From: Clostridia bacterium
GTDB taxonomy: Bacteria; Bacillota; Peptococcia; Peptococcales; BICA1-8
Direction of reading: 5' to 3'
NCBI GenBank assembly: GCA_012720075.1
Contig: JAAXZE010000007.1
Coordinates: 465 to 64,464, forward strand
Length of the DNA stretch: 64,000 bases
The translations under genes and the position numbers were made by a program. The notes beneath the pieces are model-generated. The model was not told where the DNA came from and did not search any database. It saw only the letters and a list, made by a program, of their open reading frames with translations. How positions within the stretch are numbered: the stretch's first letter is position 1; every line of letters begins with the position of its first letter. Positions 28,702 through 41,883 of the stretch are shown piece after piece.

Positions 28702-29583
28702 ATGGCGGAGATAAGTTTTCTGATTATAACCGGCATGTCAGGGGCCGGAAAAACTCAAGCGGTGAGGAGTTTAGAAGATTTAGGCTATTTTTGTGTAGAC
28801 AATCTTCCCCCGTCCTTGATTCCCAAATTTGCCGAATTGTGTCTGCAGTCCAAAGGAAAAGTTAATAAAGTTGCCCTGGTGATCGATATCAGGGGAGGTC
28901 AATTTTTTGACAATCTTTTCCAGGCCTTGGAAGATTTGAAAGCCATGGGAATATATTATGAAATTCTCTTTTTGGAAGCTAATAATGAGACTCTGGTAAA
29001 TAGGTTTAAGGAAACCCGAAGGCGCCATCCCCTTTCGGCCGAAAGCGGAGGAGTTATGGAAGGCATTAAGCTGGAACGGGAGCTTTTGCAGGATTTAAGG
29101 GGAAGGGCCAATAAAATAATAGATACGTCCACCTTAAAGCCCAGTCAGTTGAAAGAGGAGATTCAGCAGCTTTGGGGCAAAAACGGCAAAGGAAAAATTT
29201 TGTCCATTACCGTAATGTCCTTTGGATATAAGTACGGAATTCCCTTGGATACTGACCTTTTGATAGACGTAAGATTCTTGCCAAATCCCTATTATGTGCC
29301 CGAATTGCGTGATTTGACCGGCTGTGACCGGGCAGTGCAGGATTATGTATTCAAATCGGCCATCAGTCGGGAATTTGTCGATAAATACTACAGTTTATTA
29401 AACTTTTTAATTCCTCATTATATTACAGAAGGCAAAACCCATCTGGTTATAGCTATCGGCTGTACCGGAGGTCGTCACCGGTCGGTGGCTTTAGCCAATT
29501 GTCTGGGAACCCTTTTGGAAAATGATAAGTATCAGGTTACTATTAAACACAGGGATATTGATAAGCAAGGAGCAAAGGGCTAA
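28702..29583 (+). CDS. rapZ: RNase adapter / nucleotide-binding protein RapZ (YvcJ)
   Basis: Walker A GMSGAGKT and C-terminal [10 protein letters not shown]. Confidence 0.93.
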   Translation: MAEISFLIITGMSGAGKTQAVRSLEDLGYFCVDNLPPSLIPKFAELCLQSKGKVNKVALVIDIRGGQFFDNLFQALEDLKAMGIYYEILFLEANNETLVNRFKETRRRHPLSAESGGVMEGIKLERELLQDLRGRANKIIDTSTLKPSQLKEEIQQLWGKNGKGKILSITVMSFGYKYGIPLDTDLLIDVRFLPNPYYVPELRDLTGCDRAVQDYVFKSAISREFVDKYYSLLNFLIPHYITEGKTHLVIAIGCTGGRHRSVALANCLGTLLENDKYQVTIKHRDIDKQGAKG

Positions 29584-30932
29584 TGGATTTTATAAAATGG
29601 CTTTATCCGGGATTAGGTATTAAGCGTTGGCTGACCCTTGGAGTAATCGGCTTTGTCATGGTCAGTGTGGGAATGACTATTATTAGCGATATGCCTTTAC
29701 TGGGGATAATCGAGCAAAGAATACATGTACTGGTCAGCAATCTTTTGGGTGAGGCCCAAATTTGGGGAGGCGCCTTAATTTTTGTTCTGGGTGTTTTTTT
29801 TCTAATAGTAAGCTTTAGAGAAGTAGTAAGGGCTTTTATTAAGGCGGTATTCCCCGAGTTTGCCAGAAGTCAGGTCCGGCCTATTTATCAGGAAAGGTTT
29901 TTAAAACGGGGACCTAAGATTGTTGTAATAGGTGGAGGCACGGGTCTTTCTGTTCTTTTGCGGGGGCTAAAAAATTTTACCAGCAATATTACGGCAATAG
30001 TTTCGGTGGCCGATGACGGAGGCAGTTCCGGGCGTTTAAGGGATCAACTGGGCATTTTGCCTCCCGGTGATATACGAAACTGTATGATCGCTTTGGCTGA
30101 TAAAGAAGCTATAATGGAGAAAACCCTGAATTATAGATTCAAAAACGGTGACGAGCTGGCCGGCCACAATTTGGGAAATCTTTTTTTGGCGGCCTTGACC
30201 GACATGTACGGTAATTTTGAAGACGCTGTAAGGCAGATGAGCAAGGTTTTGGCCATTAGGGGTAAAGTAATACCATGCACATTAGAGCATGTTATTTTAA
30301 AGGCGGAACTAACAGACGGTACCAGCGTAAAAGGTGAAAGCAATATTGGCAAGGTTCAGGCTCCTATTAGAAAAGTGACCATCGAACCAAGGGAAGCTGA
30401 GCCTTTGGATGAAGCCTTGGAGGCCATAAATGACGCCGACGCCATAATTTTAGGGCCCGGCAGTTTATACACCAGTGTTATCCCCAATTTGCTGGTTTCC
30501 GGTATCCCCGAGGCGATAAAAGCCAGTGAAGCTCTAAAAATATATGTCTGCAATATTATGACTCAGCCCAATGAAACCTTACAATATTCGGCCGCCGATC
30601 ATTTGGAGGCCATCTACCGGCATGGCGGCTATGGTTTGGTGGATTATGTCATTGTTAATGATCAGCCCATTTCTGACAGGAACCTTCTGGAAAAATACCT
30701 TATGGACGGAGCAGAACAGGTGGATATTGATCTGCCTAGATTAAGCGGTCTGGGGGTCCGTGTTTTAACCTATCCTTTGTTAGATGAGACTCAGTGGGTT
30801 AGACATAATTCCAATAGTTTGGCCAGAGTAATCCTGGAACTGATTTTAAACAATAAAAAATCAAAAGTTCAGATGAACTTTTTTGATAGATTAATATTAT
30901 TAGAAAAAATAAAGAATCAAAGCGGGAGATAG
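29583..30932 (+). CDS. yvcK: Gluconeogenesis factor YvcK (CofD-like) with an N-terminal membrane extension
   Basis: VVIGGGTGLS, ADDGGSSG and GPGSLYTS motifs. Two N-terminal TM helices. TAATG overlap with rapZ. Confidence 0.9.
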   Translation: MDFIKWLYPGLGIKRWLTLGVIGFVMVSVGMTIISDMPLLGIIEQRIHVLVSNLLGEAQIWGGALIFVLGVFFLIVSFREVVRAFIKAVFPEFARSQVRPIYQERFLKRGPKIVVIGGGTGLSVLLRGLKNFTSNITAIVSVADDGGSSGRLRDQLGILPPGDIRNCMIALADKEAIMEKTLNYRFKNGDELAGHNLGNLFLAALTDMYGNFEDAVRQMSKVLAIRGKVIPCTLEHVILKAELTDGTSVKGESNIGKVQAPIRKVTIEPREAEPLDEALEAINDADAIILGPGSLYTSVIPNLLVSGIPEAIKASEALKIYVCNIMTQPNETLQYSAADHLEAIYRHGGYGLVDYVIVNDQPISDRNLLEKYLMDGAEQVDIDLPRLSGLGVRVLTYPLLDETQWVRHNSNSLARVILELILNNKKSKVQMNFFDRLILLEKIKNQSGR

Positions 30933-30934
30933 AA

Positions 30935-31885
30935 ATGTCATTTTCAGAAAAAACCAAAAATGAATTGGCCCATGTAATACCCCGGCAGCGCTGTTGTCAG
31001 ATGGCGGAGTTGGCAGGTTTGGTGCGGGTTGACGGAACAATTTTAATAAGTGCCCATAATCAAATAGGCTTAGAACTGGCCACGGAAAATGCGGCGGTAG
31101 CCCGGAAAGGTTTACGGCTGGCTAAACTGGTTTTTAATGTAGATACCGAACTTAGAATTCAGAGGAAAAAACGCCTAAAGAAGAATAATATTTATTTAGT
31201 CAAAATACCGCCTCATAATAACGTTGCGGAGATTTTAAGAACTTTAGGCATTACTAAAGAAGGCTTTTTAATTAATCCCGAGGTCAGCAGCACCGTCACC
31301 AAAAAGAAATGCTGTCGGAGAAGCTATTTGCGGGGAGTTTTTTTAGGAGCAGGTTCCGTAAACGACCCTGAAAGCACTTACCATTTGGAAATAATGGTTA
31401 CTTCGGAGGATTATGCCCGGTCATTAGTGGCGCTTATTAATAAATTTGGTTTGGAGCCTAAAATAAGCAGTAGGAAGAATTCTTATATTGTATATCTCAA
31501 AGAAAGCGAACAGATCGTTACCTTTTTAAATATTATTGAGGCCCACACGGCATTGTTGAATTTTGAAAGCACCAGAATTCAAAAAGAAATGCGCAACCAG
31601 GTCAATCGGCTGGTTAATTGTGAGACCGCCAACTTGAACAAAATAATTGATGCTGCTTTTCGACAAAAGGAAAATATCGAATTAATTGAAAAAACATTGG
31701 GTATTGATAAACTTCCTCCGGCATTAAAACAGGTTGCGGAGCTCCGGTTGGAACATCCCCATATAAGCCTTAAAGAGCTGGGAGAAATGATGGACCCCCC
31801 TTTAGGCAAATCAGGTATAAATCATCGAATGAGAAAACTGGAGAAAATTGCCGAAAATATTCGCAATCAGAACATAAAAAAGTAA
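30935..31885 (+). CDS. whiA: Sporulation/cell-division regulator WhiA
   Basis: LAGLVRVDG, degenerate LAGLIDADG-type repeats and a C-terminal HTH (GKSGINHRMRKL). Confidence 0.93.
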   Translation: MSFSEKTKNELAHVIPRQRCCQMAELAGLVRVDGTILISAHNQIGLELATENAAVARKGLRLAKLVFNVDTELRIQRKKRLKKNNIYLVKIPPHNNVAEILRTLGITKEGFLINPEVSSTVTKKKCCRRSYLRGVFLGAGSVNDPESTYHLEIMVTSEDYARSLVALINKFGLEPKISSRKNSYIVYLKESEQIVTFLNIIEAHTALLNFESTRIQKEMRNQVNRLVNCETANLNKIIDAAFRQKENIELIEKTLGIDKLPPALKQVAELRLEHPHISLKELGEMMDPPLGKSGINHRMRKLEKIAENIRNQNIKK

Positions 31886-31955
31886 ATCAATTTAAAAGGA
31901 GTTTTTCTATCGGTGTAGAAATACTTACCATCTAAAATTTTGGGGAGGTGTCAAA

Positions 31956-32123
31956 ATGGCTCATAGAATAACGGATGAGTGTTTAGCCTGTGGAACATGT
32001 ATTGATGAATGCCCTGTAGGTGCAATCAGTGAAGGTGATATTTATGAAATAGATCCCGAACTTTGCACAGATTGCGGTGCCTGTGCTGAAGCTTGCCCAA
32101 CAGGAGCAATTGTTGAAGAATAA
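31956..32123 (+). CDS. 2x[4Fe-4S] ferredoxin (55 aa; below the ORF-track cutoff)
   Basis: My translation is [43 protein letters not shown], with two CxxCxxCxxxCP motifs. GGGGAGG SD. Confidence 0.9.
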   Translation: MAHRITDECLACGTCIDECPVGAISEGDIYEIDPELCTDCGACAEACPTGAIVEE

Positions 32124-32133
32124 AACCAATAGT

Positions 32134-32167
32134 AAATGCCACGCCTATTAGCGTGGCATTTATTTTC
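32134..32167 (+). terminator. Intrinsic terminator after the ferredoxin gene
   Basis: AAATGCCACGC-CTATTA-GCGTGGCATTT followed by ATTTTCT. Confidence 0.85.
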
Positions 32168-32341
32168 TGGTGCAATAGCTAATAAACCATTGTCGGCAGA
32201 GATGTTGGGCCAGTAAAAAATTCCTTTAAATACCATGGAATGGGGACTGGTAATATCAGAATAGAATTGTATCAGGAGGAGTTAAATAAAAAGCAGCGAA
32301 TTTAACCAATAGAGATGGTAACTGGTTTTAGGGGGGATAAC

Positions 32342-33715
32342 GTGAAAATAGGTTATCAGTTAAACATGCTGCAAACCCAAAAGTTAATAATGACTCCCGA
32401 ACTACGTCAAGCCATCAACATTTTGCAATTAACAGCTTTGGAATTGAATAATTATATTCAGGAGCAGCTGTTAGAGAATCCGCTTTTAGAGATAGTAGAT
32501 GGGAATTTTGCAGCCGGTAGTGAACCCCTGGAAGAAGGAGAAAAAATGGAGCCTGAATGGAAGGAGTATTTCAGTGATGCCAGTGATTTGGGTTATCCGT
32601 GGGAAAAGAGGGAATACCTGCCTTTTGAGCAATTTATTTCCCGAACACCAAGCCTAGAGGACTTTCTGGAAGAACAACTGCGTTTTTTTAAGCTCAGTGA
32701 AGAAGAATTGACTTTGGCCCGTTTTGTCATTGGCAATTTGGACAATTGTGGTTATTTTCCCTTTTCTATCGAGGAAACGGCTTTAGTCTTGGAAGTAAGT
32801 CCTGATAAATTGAGAAGGATAGTAGAATTTATTCAAACTTTGGAACCCGATGGAATTGGAGCCAAGGATCTGCCTGAATGTCTTATTATTCAATTGAGAA
32901 AGAAAAATTTATTAACGCCTTTGTTAGAAGAACTCATTACTAAATATTTGAAGGATATTGGACAAGGCAAATTATCGAAAATTGCCAACAGTCTAAATGT
33001 TTCAATTGAAGAAATTCAAAAAAACGTTGATATTTTAAAAACTTTAAATCCTAAACCGGCTTCCGGCTTTGGCTCAAATCAGGAAACCCGATTTATAGTA
33101 CCGGATTTATTGATTGAAAAGATTGATAATGAATATATAGTTTTAGTTAACGACAACTATATTCCTCGGCTGACTGTCAGCAATGCTTATAAAGAATTAA
33201 TCAATAATTCTCAATCCGATGAGCTTACCAGGGCTTTTATTGAACGAAAGCTGCACAGTGCCCATTGGATCATTAAAAGTATCGAACAGCGAAGAATTAC
33301 CCTCTACAAAATTGCCAATGTTTTGGTTGAGCTGCAGCGGGATTTTCTGGATAAAGGCAAGGCTTATCTTTTACCTCTCAATTTAAAGGATGTAGCTCAA
33401 AAGCTGGAGGTTCATGAATCAACGGTAAGCAGAGCCATTGCCAATAAGTATATTCAAACTCCCAGAGGACTTTTTCCGTTAAAATATTTCTTTTCCAGCG
33501 GCATTAACAATAAAGCAGGTCAGAAAGTGTCCTCTGAAGTTGTAAAAAAAGCGATTAAAGATATAATTGCCGCCGAAGACCCTAAAGAGCCCTATTCCGA
33601 TCAAATGTTATGTAACCTTTTACAACAAAAGGGCTTAAAAATAGCCCGACGTACAGTAAGTAAATATCGGGAGAAAATGGGTATTCTGTCCTCTTCTCAG
33701 CGAAAAAGATATTAA
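32342..33715 (+). CDS. rpoN: RNA polymerase sigma-54
   Basis: N-terminal LQTQKLIMTPELRQAINILQL, HTH ESTVSRA and RpoN box ARRTVSKYRE. GTG 32342 follows GGGGGG. Confidence 0.93.
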   Translation: MKIGYQLNMLQTQKLIMTPELRQAINILQLTALELNNYIQEQLLENPLLEIVDGNFAAGSEPLEEGEKMEPEWKEYFSDASDLGYPWEKREYLPFEQFISRTPSLEDFLEEQLRFFKLSEEELTLARFVIGNLDNCGYFPFSIEETALVLEVSPDKLRRIVEFIQTLEPDGIGAKDLPECLIIQLRKKNLLTPLLEELITKYLKDIGQGKLSKIANSLNVSIEEIQKNVDILKTLNPKPASGFGSNQETRFIVPDLLIEKIDNEYIVLVNDNYIPRLTVSNAYKELINNSQSDELTRAFIERKLHSAHWIIKSIEQRRITLYKIANVLVELQRDFLDKGKAYLLPLNLKDVAQKLEVHESTVSRAIANKYIQTPRGLFPLKYFFSSGINNKAGQKVSSEVVKKAIKDIIAAEDPKEPYSDQMLCNLLQQKGLKIARRTVSKYREKMGILSSSQRKRY

Positions 33716-33741
33716 ATCCGGCTGTGCCGGATTTAGTTTTT
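33714..33741 (+). terminator. Intrinsic terminator after rpoN
   Basis: AAATCCGG-CTGTG-CCGGATTT followed by AGTTTTT. Confidence 0.8.
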
Positions 33742-33805
33742 ATGTATTGGGTTGAAAGGGCAGACCTGTGGGGCTATTTTAGAAAAAATTTATTTTCCGG
33801 GTTAC

Positions 33806-33834
33806 TTGAAACAGTTTACTGGCAGTGCTATAAT
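33806..33834 (+). promoter_or_regulatory. Sigma-A-type promoter of the cggR-gap operon
   Basis: TTGAAA (33806-33811), a 17-nt spacer, then TATAAT (33829-33834). Confidence 0.75.
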
Positions 33835-33842
33835 GTCTTTAG

Positions 33843-33877
33843 TGGGACCAATATTGCCACGGCGGGACAAAAACGTC
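33843..33877 (+). promoter_or_regulatory. Candidate CggR operator (tandem GGGAC-N6-TGnC half sites, 20-nt period)
   Basis: TGGGACcaatatTGCCacggCGGGACaaaaacGTC fits the B. subtilis CggR operator pattern CGGGAC-N6-TGTC-N4-CGGGAC-N6-TGTC. It lies just downstream of the -10 box. Confidence 0.7.
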
Positions 33878-33891
33878 AAAGGAGGTAGGAA

Positions 33892-34935
33892 ATGGCAGAG
33901 AAAGCATTTTTTCTGGGTAAATTGGCGCCGGAACTGATTGATGTGGTTCAAAGGAGATATAATATCCTGCGAACCATTGGTTATATGCAGCCCGTTGGAC
34001 GGAGAATCTTGGCGGAAAGGTTGGAATTGCCCGAAAGGACTGTCCGCAATGATGTGGAGACTCTTCGTCAACAGGAGTTAATTGCCGCCGAATCTAAAGG
34101 AATGAGTATTACTCCTTTAGGGGAAAGGCTTTTGGAAGAATTAAGCGTTTTAGTCCATGGCTTAAAGGGCTTGGATAGCTTAGAAAAAATATTGAGCGCA
34201 AAGCTGGGGGTTCGAAAAGTAATCATCGTACCCGGTGATATTGATTCCGAATCTTTAGCTAAAAAGGAACTGGGAAGAGTAGCGGCTTTTTACTTTAATG
34301 AAGTAATTAAAAAGGCGCGAACCATTGCCGTTGCCGGTGGTACCACCTTGGCTGAGATGGCTAAGCATATTATTCCTCAAAATCGAGAAGATTTATTAGT
34401 GCTTCCTGCTCGGGGCGGATTGGGCGAACAAGTGGAAATGCAGGCCAATACCATTGCAGCCAAAATCGCTACCAGTTTAGGAGCCGGTTATCGCTTGCTT
34501 CACGTCCCGGATTACATGAGCAAAACCTCTGCCGAGCAATTGGTTAATGACCCCTACATAGCACCCATATTACAAATGATGCGTTCTGTGGATGTATTGG
34601 TTCATGGTATTGGGGACGCTTTGGAAATGGCAAAAAGACGGGGGTTAAGCTGGGAAGAAGTGGAGATTCTTAAAAAAACCCAAGCTAAAGGTGAAGCTTT
34701 TGGTTATTATTTTGATGAGCATGGTTCCATTGTTTATTCTACACCCAGTATAGGTTTGAAACTGGATGACTTGGGTAAAATAGAAACAGTTTTAGCCATA
34801 GCCGGCGGTAAAGGTAAAGCTTCCGCTATTCAGGCGGTAACCAAAGCAGGTTACATTGATTGGCTGATAACTGATGAAGGCGCGGCTTGGCAGATAGCCA
34901 AGGATTTGAAATTGGAAAACAGGGTACTGGGATAG
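33892..34935 (+). CDS. cggR: Central glycolytic genes regulator (SorC family)
   Basis: N-terminal wHTH plus a SorC sugar-binding domain. Sits immediately upstream of gap-pgk-tpiA-gpmI-eno. Confidence 0.88.
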   Translation: MAEKAFFLGKLAPELIDVVQRRYNILRTIGYMQPVGRRILAERLELPERTVRNDVETLRQQELIAAESKGMSITPLGERLLEELSVLVHGLKGLDSLEKILSAKLGVRKVIIVPGDIDSESLAKKELGRVAAFYFNEVIKKARTIAVAGGTTLAEMAKHIIPQNREDLLVLPARGGLGEQVEMQANTIAAKIATSLGAGYRLLHVPDYMSKTSAEQLVNDPYIAPILQMMRSVDVLVHGIGDALEMAKRRGLSWEEVEILKKTQAKGEAFGYYFDEHGSIVYSTPSIGLKLDDLGKIETVLAIAGGKGKASAIQAVTKAGYIDWLITDEGAAWQIAKDLKLENRVLG

Positions 34936-35087
34936 AAAATAAGTTGGAAAATTGTAATGTTGACATTAAGGAATTTGCAATGTGTAACATGATAATTTTT
35001 TCTGGGCACTGTTCGCTGGATACAGGTTCCGTGTCCCGGAAAAATTATTTATTAATAGAATAAAACCTGTTATTAGTTACAAGATAA

Positions 35088-36110
<1,023 letters not shown>

Positions 36111-36194
36111 ATCCAATTTAATTCAGCGGGAAAGGTGTATTTTTTTCCATGGAATTTGAATTCCATCGGAAGTACATTTCCTTTATAATATTAA

Positions 36195-36222
36195 GTAAGC
36201 CATCGGGTATCCGATGGCTTAC
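36195..36222 (+). other. 12-bp stem-loop in the gap-pgk spacer
   Basis: GTAAGCCATCGG-GTA-TCCGATGGCTTAC. No U-run follows, so a processing or stability element is more likely than a terminator. Confidence 0.5.
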
Positions 36223-36302
36223 AAAAAGTTATTGGGCCGTAAGTTTTTATATAATGTTTTTTATCTAGCGGAGAAGGAACTATAAAAAGGGGGGCTTTTT
36301 CA

Positions 36303-37484
36303 ATGAACAAAAAAACTATTAGAGATGTTGAGTTGGAGAACAAAAGGGTTTTGGTTCGGGTAGATTTCAATGTACCCAGGGATAAAGAAGGCAATGTTAC
36401 CGATGATACCAGAATTAGAGCTGCTTTGCCAACTATCAAATACCTTTTGGACCATAAAGCAAAAGTCATTTTAACTTCCCATCTTGGTCGACCCAAAGGA
36501 GAAGTGGATAATAAATACCGTCTTGACCAGGTGGCCCAAAAGCTTTCGGAGCTGTTGGGTCAAAGGGTTATTAAAACCGATACTACCGTTGGCCCCGATG
36601 CCCAAGAAGCGGTAGAAGGTTTAAAATCCGGAGATGTTTTGCTTTTGGAAAATGTCCGCTTTAATCCCGGAGAGACTAAAAATGACCCTGAATTTGCAAA
36701 AAAATTGGCGTCTTTTGCCGATTTGTATGTCAATGATGCCTTTGGGGCAGCCCATAGAGCCCACGCGTCAACGACAGGGGTAGCCCAATATCTGCCGGCG
36801 GTAGCGGGATTTTTGATGGAAAAAGAGTTAAAGGCTTTAAGCGGTGCCTTAAATAATCCTGAAAGACCCTTTGTAGCCATTATCGGCGGTGCAAAAGTAT
36901 CGGACAAGATAGGTGTTATTGAAAACCTCTTACATAAAGTTGATGCTTTGATAATCGGCGGTGGTATGGCCAATACTTTCTTAAAGGCCAAAGGTTATGA
37001 AATGGGCAAGTCTTTGGTTGAAGAAGATAAAATAGAAGTGGCGAAAAATTTAATGGATACTGCCCGCTGTAAAGGGGTTAAACTTTTGTTGCCTGTTGAT
37101 TTGGTTGTAGCCGATTCCATAGAAAACCCCGGAGAAATCAAAACAGTAGAGGCAGATGCCGTTCCTCAGGATAAAATGGCTTTAGATATTGGCCCATCTT
37201 CTGTACAATTATTCCGGGATACTATTAAGGACGCCAAAACCATTGTCTGGAACGGGCCAATGGGTGTCTTTGAAGTAGATGCTTTTAGTACGGGAACCAA
37301 TCAAATAGCCCAAGCGGTGGCCCAGTCAAATGCCAACTCCATTGTTGGCGGTGGTGATTCGGTGGCTGCCATTGAAAAAGCCGGCTTGGCGGATAAAATC
37401 AGTCATATTTCCACCGGCGGCGGGGCATCCCTGGAGTTCTTAGAAGGAAAAGAATTGCCGGGTGTAGTTGCTTTAAATGATTGA
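36303..37484 (+). CDS. pgk: Phosphoglycerate kinase
   Basis: 393 aa with [15 protein letters not shown] and GGGDS motifs. Confidence 0.97.
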   Translation: MNKKTIRDVELENKRVLVRVDFNVPRDKEGNVTDDTRIRAALPTIKYLLDHKAKVILTSHLGRPKGEVDNKYRLDQVAQKLSELLGQRVIKTDTTVGPDAQEAVEGLKSGDVLLLENVRFNPGETKNDPEFAKKLASFADLYVNDAFGAAHRAHASTTGVAQYLPAVAGFLMEKELKALSGALNNPERPFVAIIGGAKVSDKIGVIENLLHKVDALIIGGGMANTFLKAKGYEMGKSLVEEDKIEVAKNLMDTARCKGVKLLLPVDLVVADSIENPGEIKTVEADAVPQDKMALDIGPSSVQLFRDTIKDAKTIVWNGPMGVFEVDAFSTGTNQIAQAVAQSNANSIVGGGDSVAAIEKAGLADKISHISTGGGASLEFLEGKELPGVVALND

Positions 37485-37502
37485 AAATTGGAGGTAAAGA
37501 TT

Positions 37503-38258
37503 TTGCGAAAACCAATAATTGCTGCTAACTGGAAGATGCATAAAACCGTTAAGGAAGCCAATGATTTTCTGCAGGAATTTATACCTTTGGTAGAAGGGAA
37601 TAATGATGTTGACATAGTTTTGTGTGTGCCCTTTACAGTTTTAGATGCAGTTAGTAAAAAAATAGCGGACACTAATATAACTTTGGGCGCCCAAAACGTG
37701 TATTGCCAGGACAAAGGTGCCTTTACCGGAGAAGTGGCTCCTCAAATGCTTTTAGAATTTGGCACCAAGTATGTTATTATCGGCCATTCCGAAAGACGGG
37801 CTGTTTTTGGTGAAACCGATGAGCTGATTAAGGAAAAGGTTAATAAAGCCTTACAATCAGGTCTAATTCCCATCCTGTGTGTAGGTGAAACCTTGGAGGA
37901 AAGGGAGAAAGGTTTTACCGAAGCCAAATGCCGCAAACAGATCGAAGCGGTTTTTCATGGTTTGACTAAAGACCAAGCTGCCCAAATTGTTATAGCCTAT
38001 GAACCTATTTGGGCTATTGGAACAGGCAAAACCGCTTCCAGCAGTGATGCCGAACAGACCATTTCCTATATCCGCAGCCTTTTGTCCGGTATCTTTGACG
38101 AAGATACCGCTCTGAAAGTGCGAATTCAATATGGCGGAAGTGTAAAGCCGGAAAATGTGCAAGACCTTATGGCTCAACCTAATATTGACGGCGCTTTGGT
38201 GGGCGGAGCCAGCTTGGATCCGCAGTCTTTCGCAAAAATTGTAAACTACAAGGAGTAA
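37503..38258 (+). CDS. tpiA: Triosephosphate isomerase
   Basis: [12 protein letters not shown] and [14 protein letters not shown] 37503 lies 8 nt after GGAGG; the listed ORF starts 5 codons earlier. Confidence 0.95.
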   Translation: MRKPIIAANWKMHKTVKEANDFLQEFIPLVEGNNDVDIVLCVPFTVLDAVSKKIADTNITLGAQNVYCQDKGAFTGEVAPQMLLEFGTKYVIIGHSERRAVFGETDELIKEKVNKALQSGLIPILCVGETLEEREKGFTEAKCRKQIEAVFHGLTKDQAAQIVIAYEPIWAIGTGKTASSSDAEQTISYIRSLLSGIFDEDTALKVRIQYGGSVKPENVQDLMAQPNIDGALVGGASLDPQSFAKIVNYKE

Positions 38259-38263
38259 GAAAA

Positions 38264-39799
38264 ATGGCAAATCCGACAGTTTTAGTAATTTTAGATGGCT
38301 GGGGTTTGGGACAGCCGGTTAAAAGCAATGCTATTTATGCTGCCCACAAACCAAATTATGATTATTTTTTAGCCAATTATCCCTGGACAACTCTCCAAAC
38401 CTCCGGTGAAGATGTTGGTTTACCGGAAGGACAGATGGGAAATTCGGAGGTAGGACATTTAAATATAGGCTCCGGCCGTATTGTTTATCAGGAATTGACC
38501 AGAATAAATAAAGCTATAAGGGAAGGAACCATTAAAAGCAATCCTGCCCTCTTGGAAGCTATGGAGTATGCCAGGGAGCACAATAAATCCCTGCATCTTA
38601 TGGGACTGTTATCCGATGGCGGTGTTCACAGCCACATAACCCATTTGGAGGCCTTGGTGGAAATGGCCAAGGAACTGGGTTTGGACAAGGTTTATATTCA
38701 TGCTTTTCTGGACGGCCGCGATGTACCGCCTCAAAGTGCCTTGGATTACATACTGGCTTTGGAAAAGAAACTGGAAGAATTACAGCTGGGTAAAATTGCT
38801 ACCGTCAGCGGCCGTTATTATGCCATGGATAGAGATAAGCGGTGGGAGAGGACTGCACTGGCTTATAAGGCCATGGTGGACGGAGAAGGGGTTAAGGCTA
38901 CTATGGCCAGGGTGGCCGTTGAACAGTCTTATGACCTGAGGGTGACCGATGAGTTTGTAGAGCCCACCGTTATTGTTGACAAATCGGGTAATCCTGTAGG
39001 TAAGATTGAGCCCGGAGATGCGATTATTTTTTACAACTTCCGTGCCGACAGGGCAAGGCAGATTACCCGGGCCTTTGTCGATGAAGATTTTCCGGGTTTT
39101 GTACGGGAAAAAGGGTATCTTAAGGTGCGTTTTGTCTGCATGACCCAATATGATGCTGAAATCCAGGCACCGGTAGCTTTTCCGCCCCAGAACCTTGAAA
39201 ATACCTTGGGCGAGGTCTTAAGCAATGCCGGCAAAAAACAGCTGCGCATAGCTGAAACGGAAAAATATGCCCATGTTACCTTTTTCTTTAACGGTGGTGT
39301 GGAAGAAGCCAATGAGGGAGAAGAGAGGATCCTTATACCCTCGCCTAAAGTGGCTACATATAACCTGAAGCCGGAAATGAGCGCTTACGAGGTTACGGAA
39401 ACGGTAGTTGAAAAGATATTAAGCAAAAAATATGATTTTGTTCTCATTAACTATGCTAACCCCGATATGATTGGCCATACCGGCTTTTTGGATGCAGCGG
39501 TCAAAGCTGTAGAAGTAGTTGATGAATGTCTGGGCAAAGTTTATCATGCTGTTAGAGAGGTGGGAGGCAGTTTGATAATTACCGCTGACCATGGCAACGC
39601 CGAAATCATGGAAGATGATGAGGGTAAACCTCATACTGCCCATTCCTGTAACTTGGTACCTTTGATCTTGATTGATGATAATTTAAAAACCGCTCAATTA
39701 AAGTCAAAGGGTTCCTTAAGAGACATTGCTCCCACAGTTTTGGCCCTGCTAGGCATGGAAAAGCCGGAAGAAATGACAGGAGATAACCTTATCCTGTAG
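38264..39799 (+). CDS. gpmI: 2,3-bisphosphoglycerate-independent phosphoglycerate mutase
   Basis: 511 aa with [14 protein letters not shown] and ADHGNAE motifs. Confidence 0.97.
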   Translation: MANPTVLVILDGWGLGQPVKSNAIYAAHKPNYDYFLANYPWTTLQTSGEDVGLPEGQMGNSEVGHLNIGSGRIVYQELTRINKAIREGTIKSNPALLEAMEYAREHNKSLHLMGLLSDGGVHSHITHLEALVEMAKELGLDKVYIHAFLDGRDVPPQSALDYILALEKKLEELQLGKIATVSGRYYAMDRDKRWERTALAYKAMVDGEGVKATMARVAVEQSYDLRVTDEFVEPTVIVDKSGNPVGKIEPGDAIIFYNFRADRARQITRAFVDEDFPGFVREKGYLKVRFVCMTQYDAEIQAPVAFPPQNLENTLGEVLSNAGKKQLRIAETEKYAHVTFFFNGGVEEANEGEERILIPSPKVATYNLKPEMSAYEVTETVVEKILSKKYDFVLINYANPDMIGHTGFLDAAVKAVEVVDECLGKVYHAVREVGGSLIITADHGNAEIMEDDEGKPHTAHSCNLVPLILIDDNLKTAQLKSKGSLRDIAPTVLALLGMEKPEEMTGDNLIL

Positions 39800-39807
39800 G
39801 ATGATGA

Positions 39808-39867
39808 GGTTAAGGTTAAGGCTAAGGTTAAGGCTAAGGTTAAGGTTAAGGCTAAGGTTAAGGTTAA
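39808..39867 (+). repeat. Hexanucleotide tandem repeat GG(T/C)TAA x10
   Basis: Ten contiguous units starting 9 nt after the gpmI stop. The unit is the reverse-complement word of repeat module B (AACCTTAACC). Confidence 0.95.
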
Positions 39868-39959
39868 GGTTTTACTTAGGTATAAAAGATATATTTTCAT
39901 TAGGTTTAGCTTTTTTGGATTATAGGTAAGCAAACATAGGGGTATAGTAAGCTAATAAA

Positions 39960-41382
<1,423 letters not shown>

Positions 41383-41389
41383 TTTTTAC

Positions 41390-41431
41390 GGTTTAGGATA
41401 GATACTATCCTAAACCTTTGTTTTGTTTTTT
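41390..41431 (+). terminator. Intrinsic terminator after eno
   Basis: GGTTTAGGATAG-ATA-CTATCCTAAACC followed by TTTGTTTTGTTTTTT. Confidence 0.9.
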
Positions 41432-41504
41432 GATTAATTATTTGATACACCAGGCTAAGTTTTCATCTTGTTTACCACTGGATATTTTGTTAAAATACTT
41501 ATTA

Positions 41505-41600
41505 TGGACATTAGGCATTAGTATCTGTGGTCATTTGTGATTAGATTAATTTAAAATTAATACTAGTCACCATTTACCAGTCACTAAAGACGAGGGAGGT
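41505..41600. repeat. Imperfect palindrome ending at the secG RBS
   Basis: GTGATTAGATTAATT (41537-41551) versus the reverse complement of AATTAATACTAGTCAC (41555-41570). The arms extend with GTGGTCATTTG / CATTTACCAGTCAC. Confidence 0.65.
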
Positions 41601-41607
41601 GTAATGC

Positions 41608-41829
41608 TTGAAAATTCTCTTGATTATTCTTCAAATTATTGCGTCCATAGGCGTTATTGCTACAGTTTTACTGCAGTCTGGGAAAAGTGCCGGTTTATCC
41701 GGAACAATAGCTGGCGGTGCAGAGACTTTTTTTGGTAAAAAGAAAGGTATGGATAGCTTTCTAGGAAGATTATCCACTATTTTTGCAATTGCTTTTATGC
41801 TTTTAACTTTGCTTCTTTCTTTGCTTTAA
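41608..41829 (+). CDS. secG: Preprotein translocase subunit SecG
   Basis: 73 aa, two TM helices, LLQSGKSAGLSG signature. TTG start after GGGAGG. Confidence 0.9.
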   Translation: MKILLIILQIIASIGVIATVLLQSGKSAGLSGTIAGGAETFFGKKKGMDSFLGRLSTIFAIAFMLLTLLLSLL

Positions 41830-41883
41830 TTTGGTTATAATATGGGGAGATTTGAAAAGGGTTGAAGGAGGATGAATTAAATA

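Noticed and set aside
39694-39933. 79-aa minus-strand ORF with the LTLTLALTLTLALTL motif.
   Set aside because: It is simply the antisense translation of the GG(T/C)TAA hexamer microsatellite. It has no start context or coding signal.
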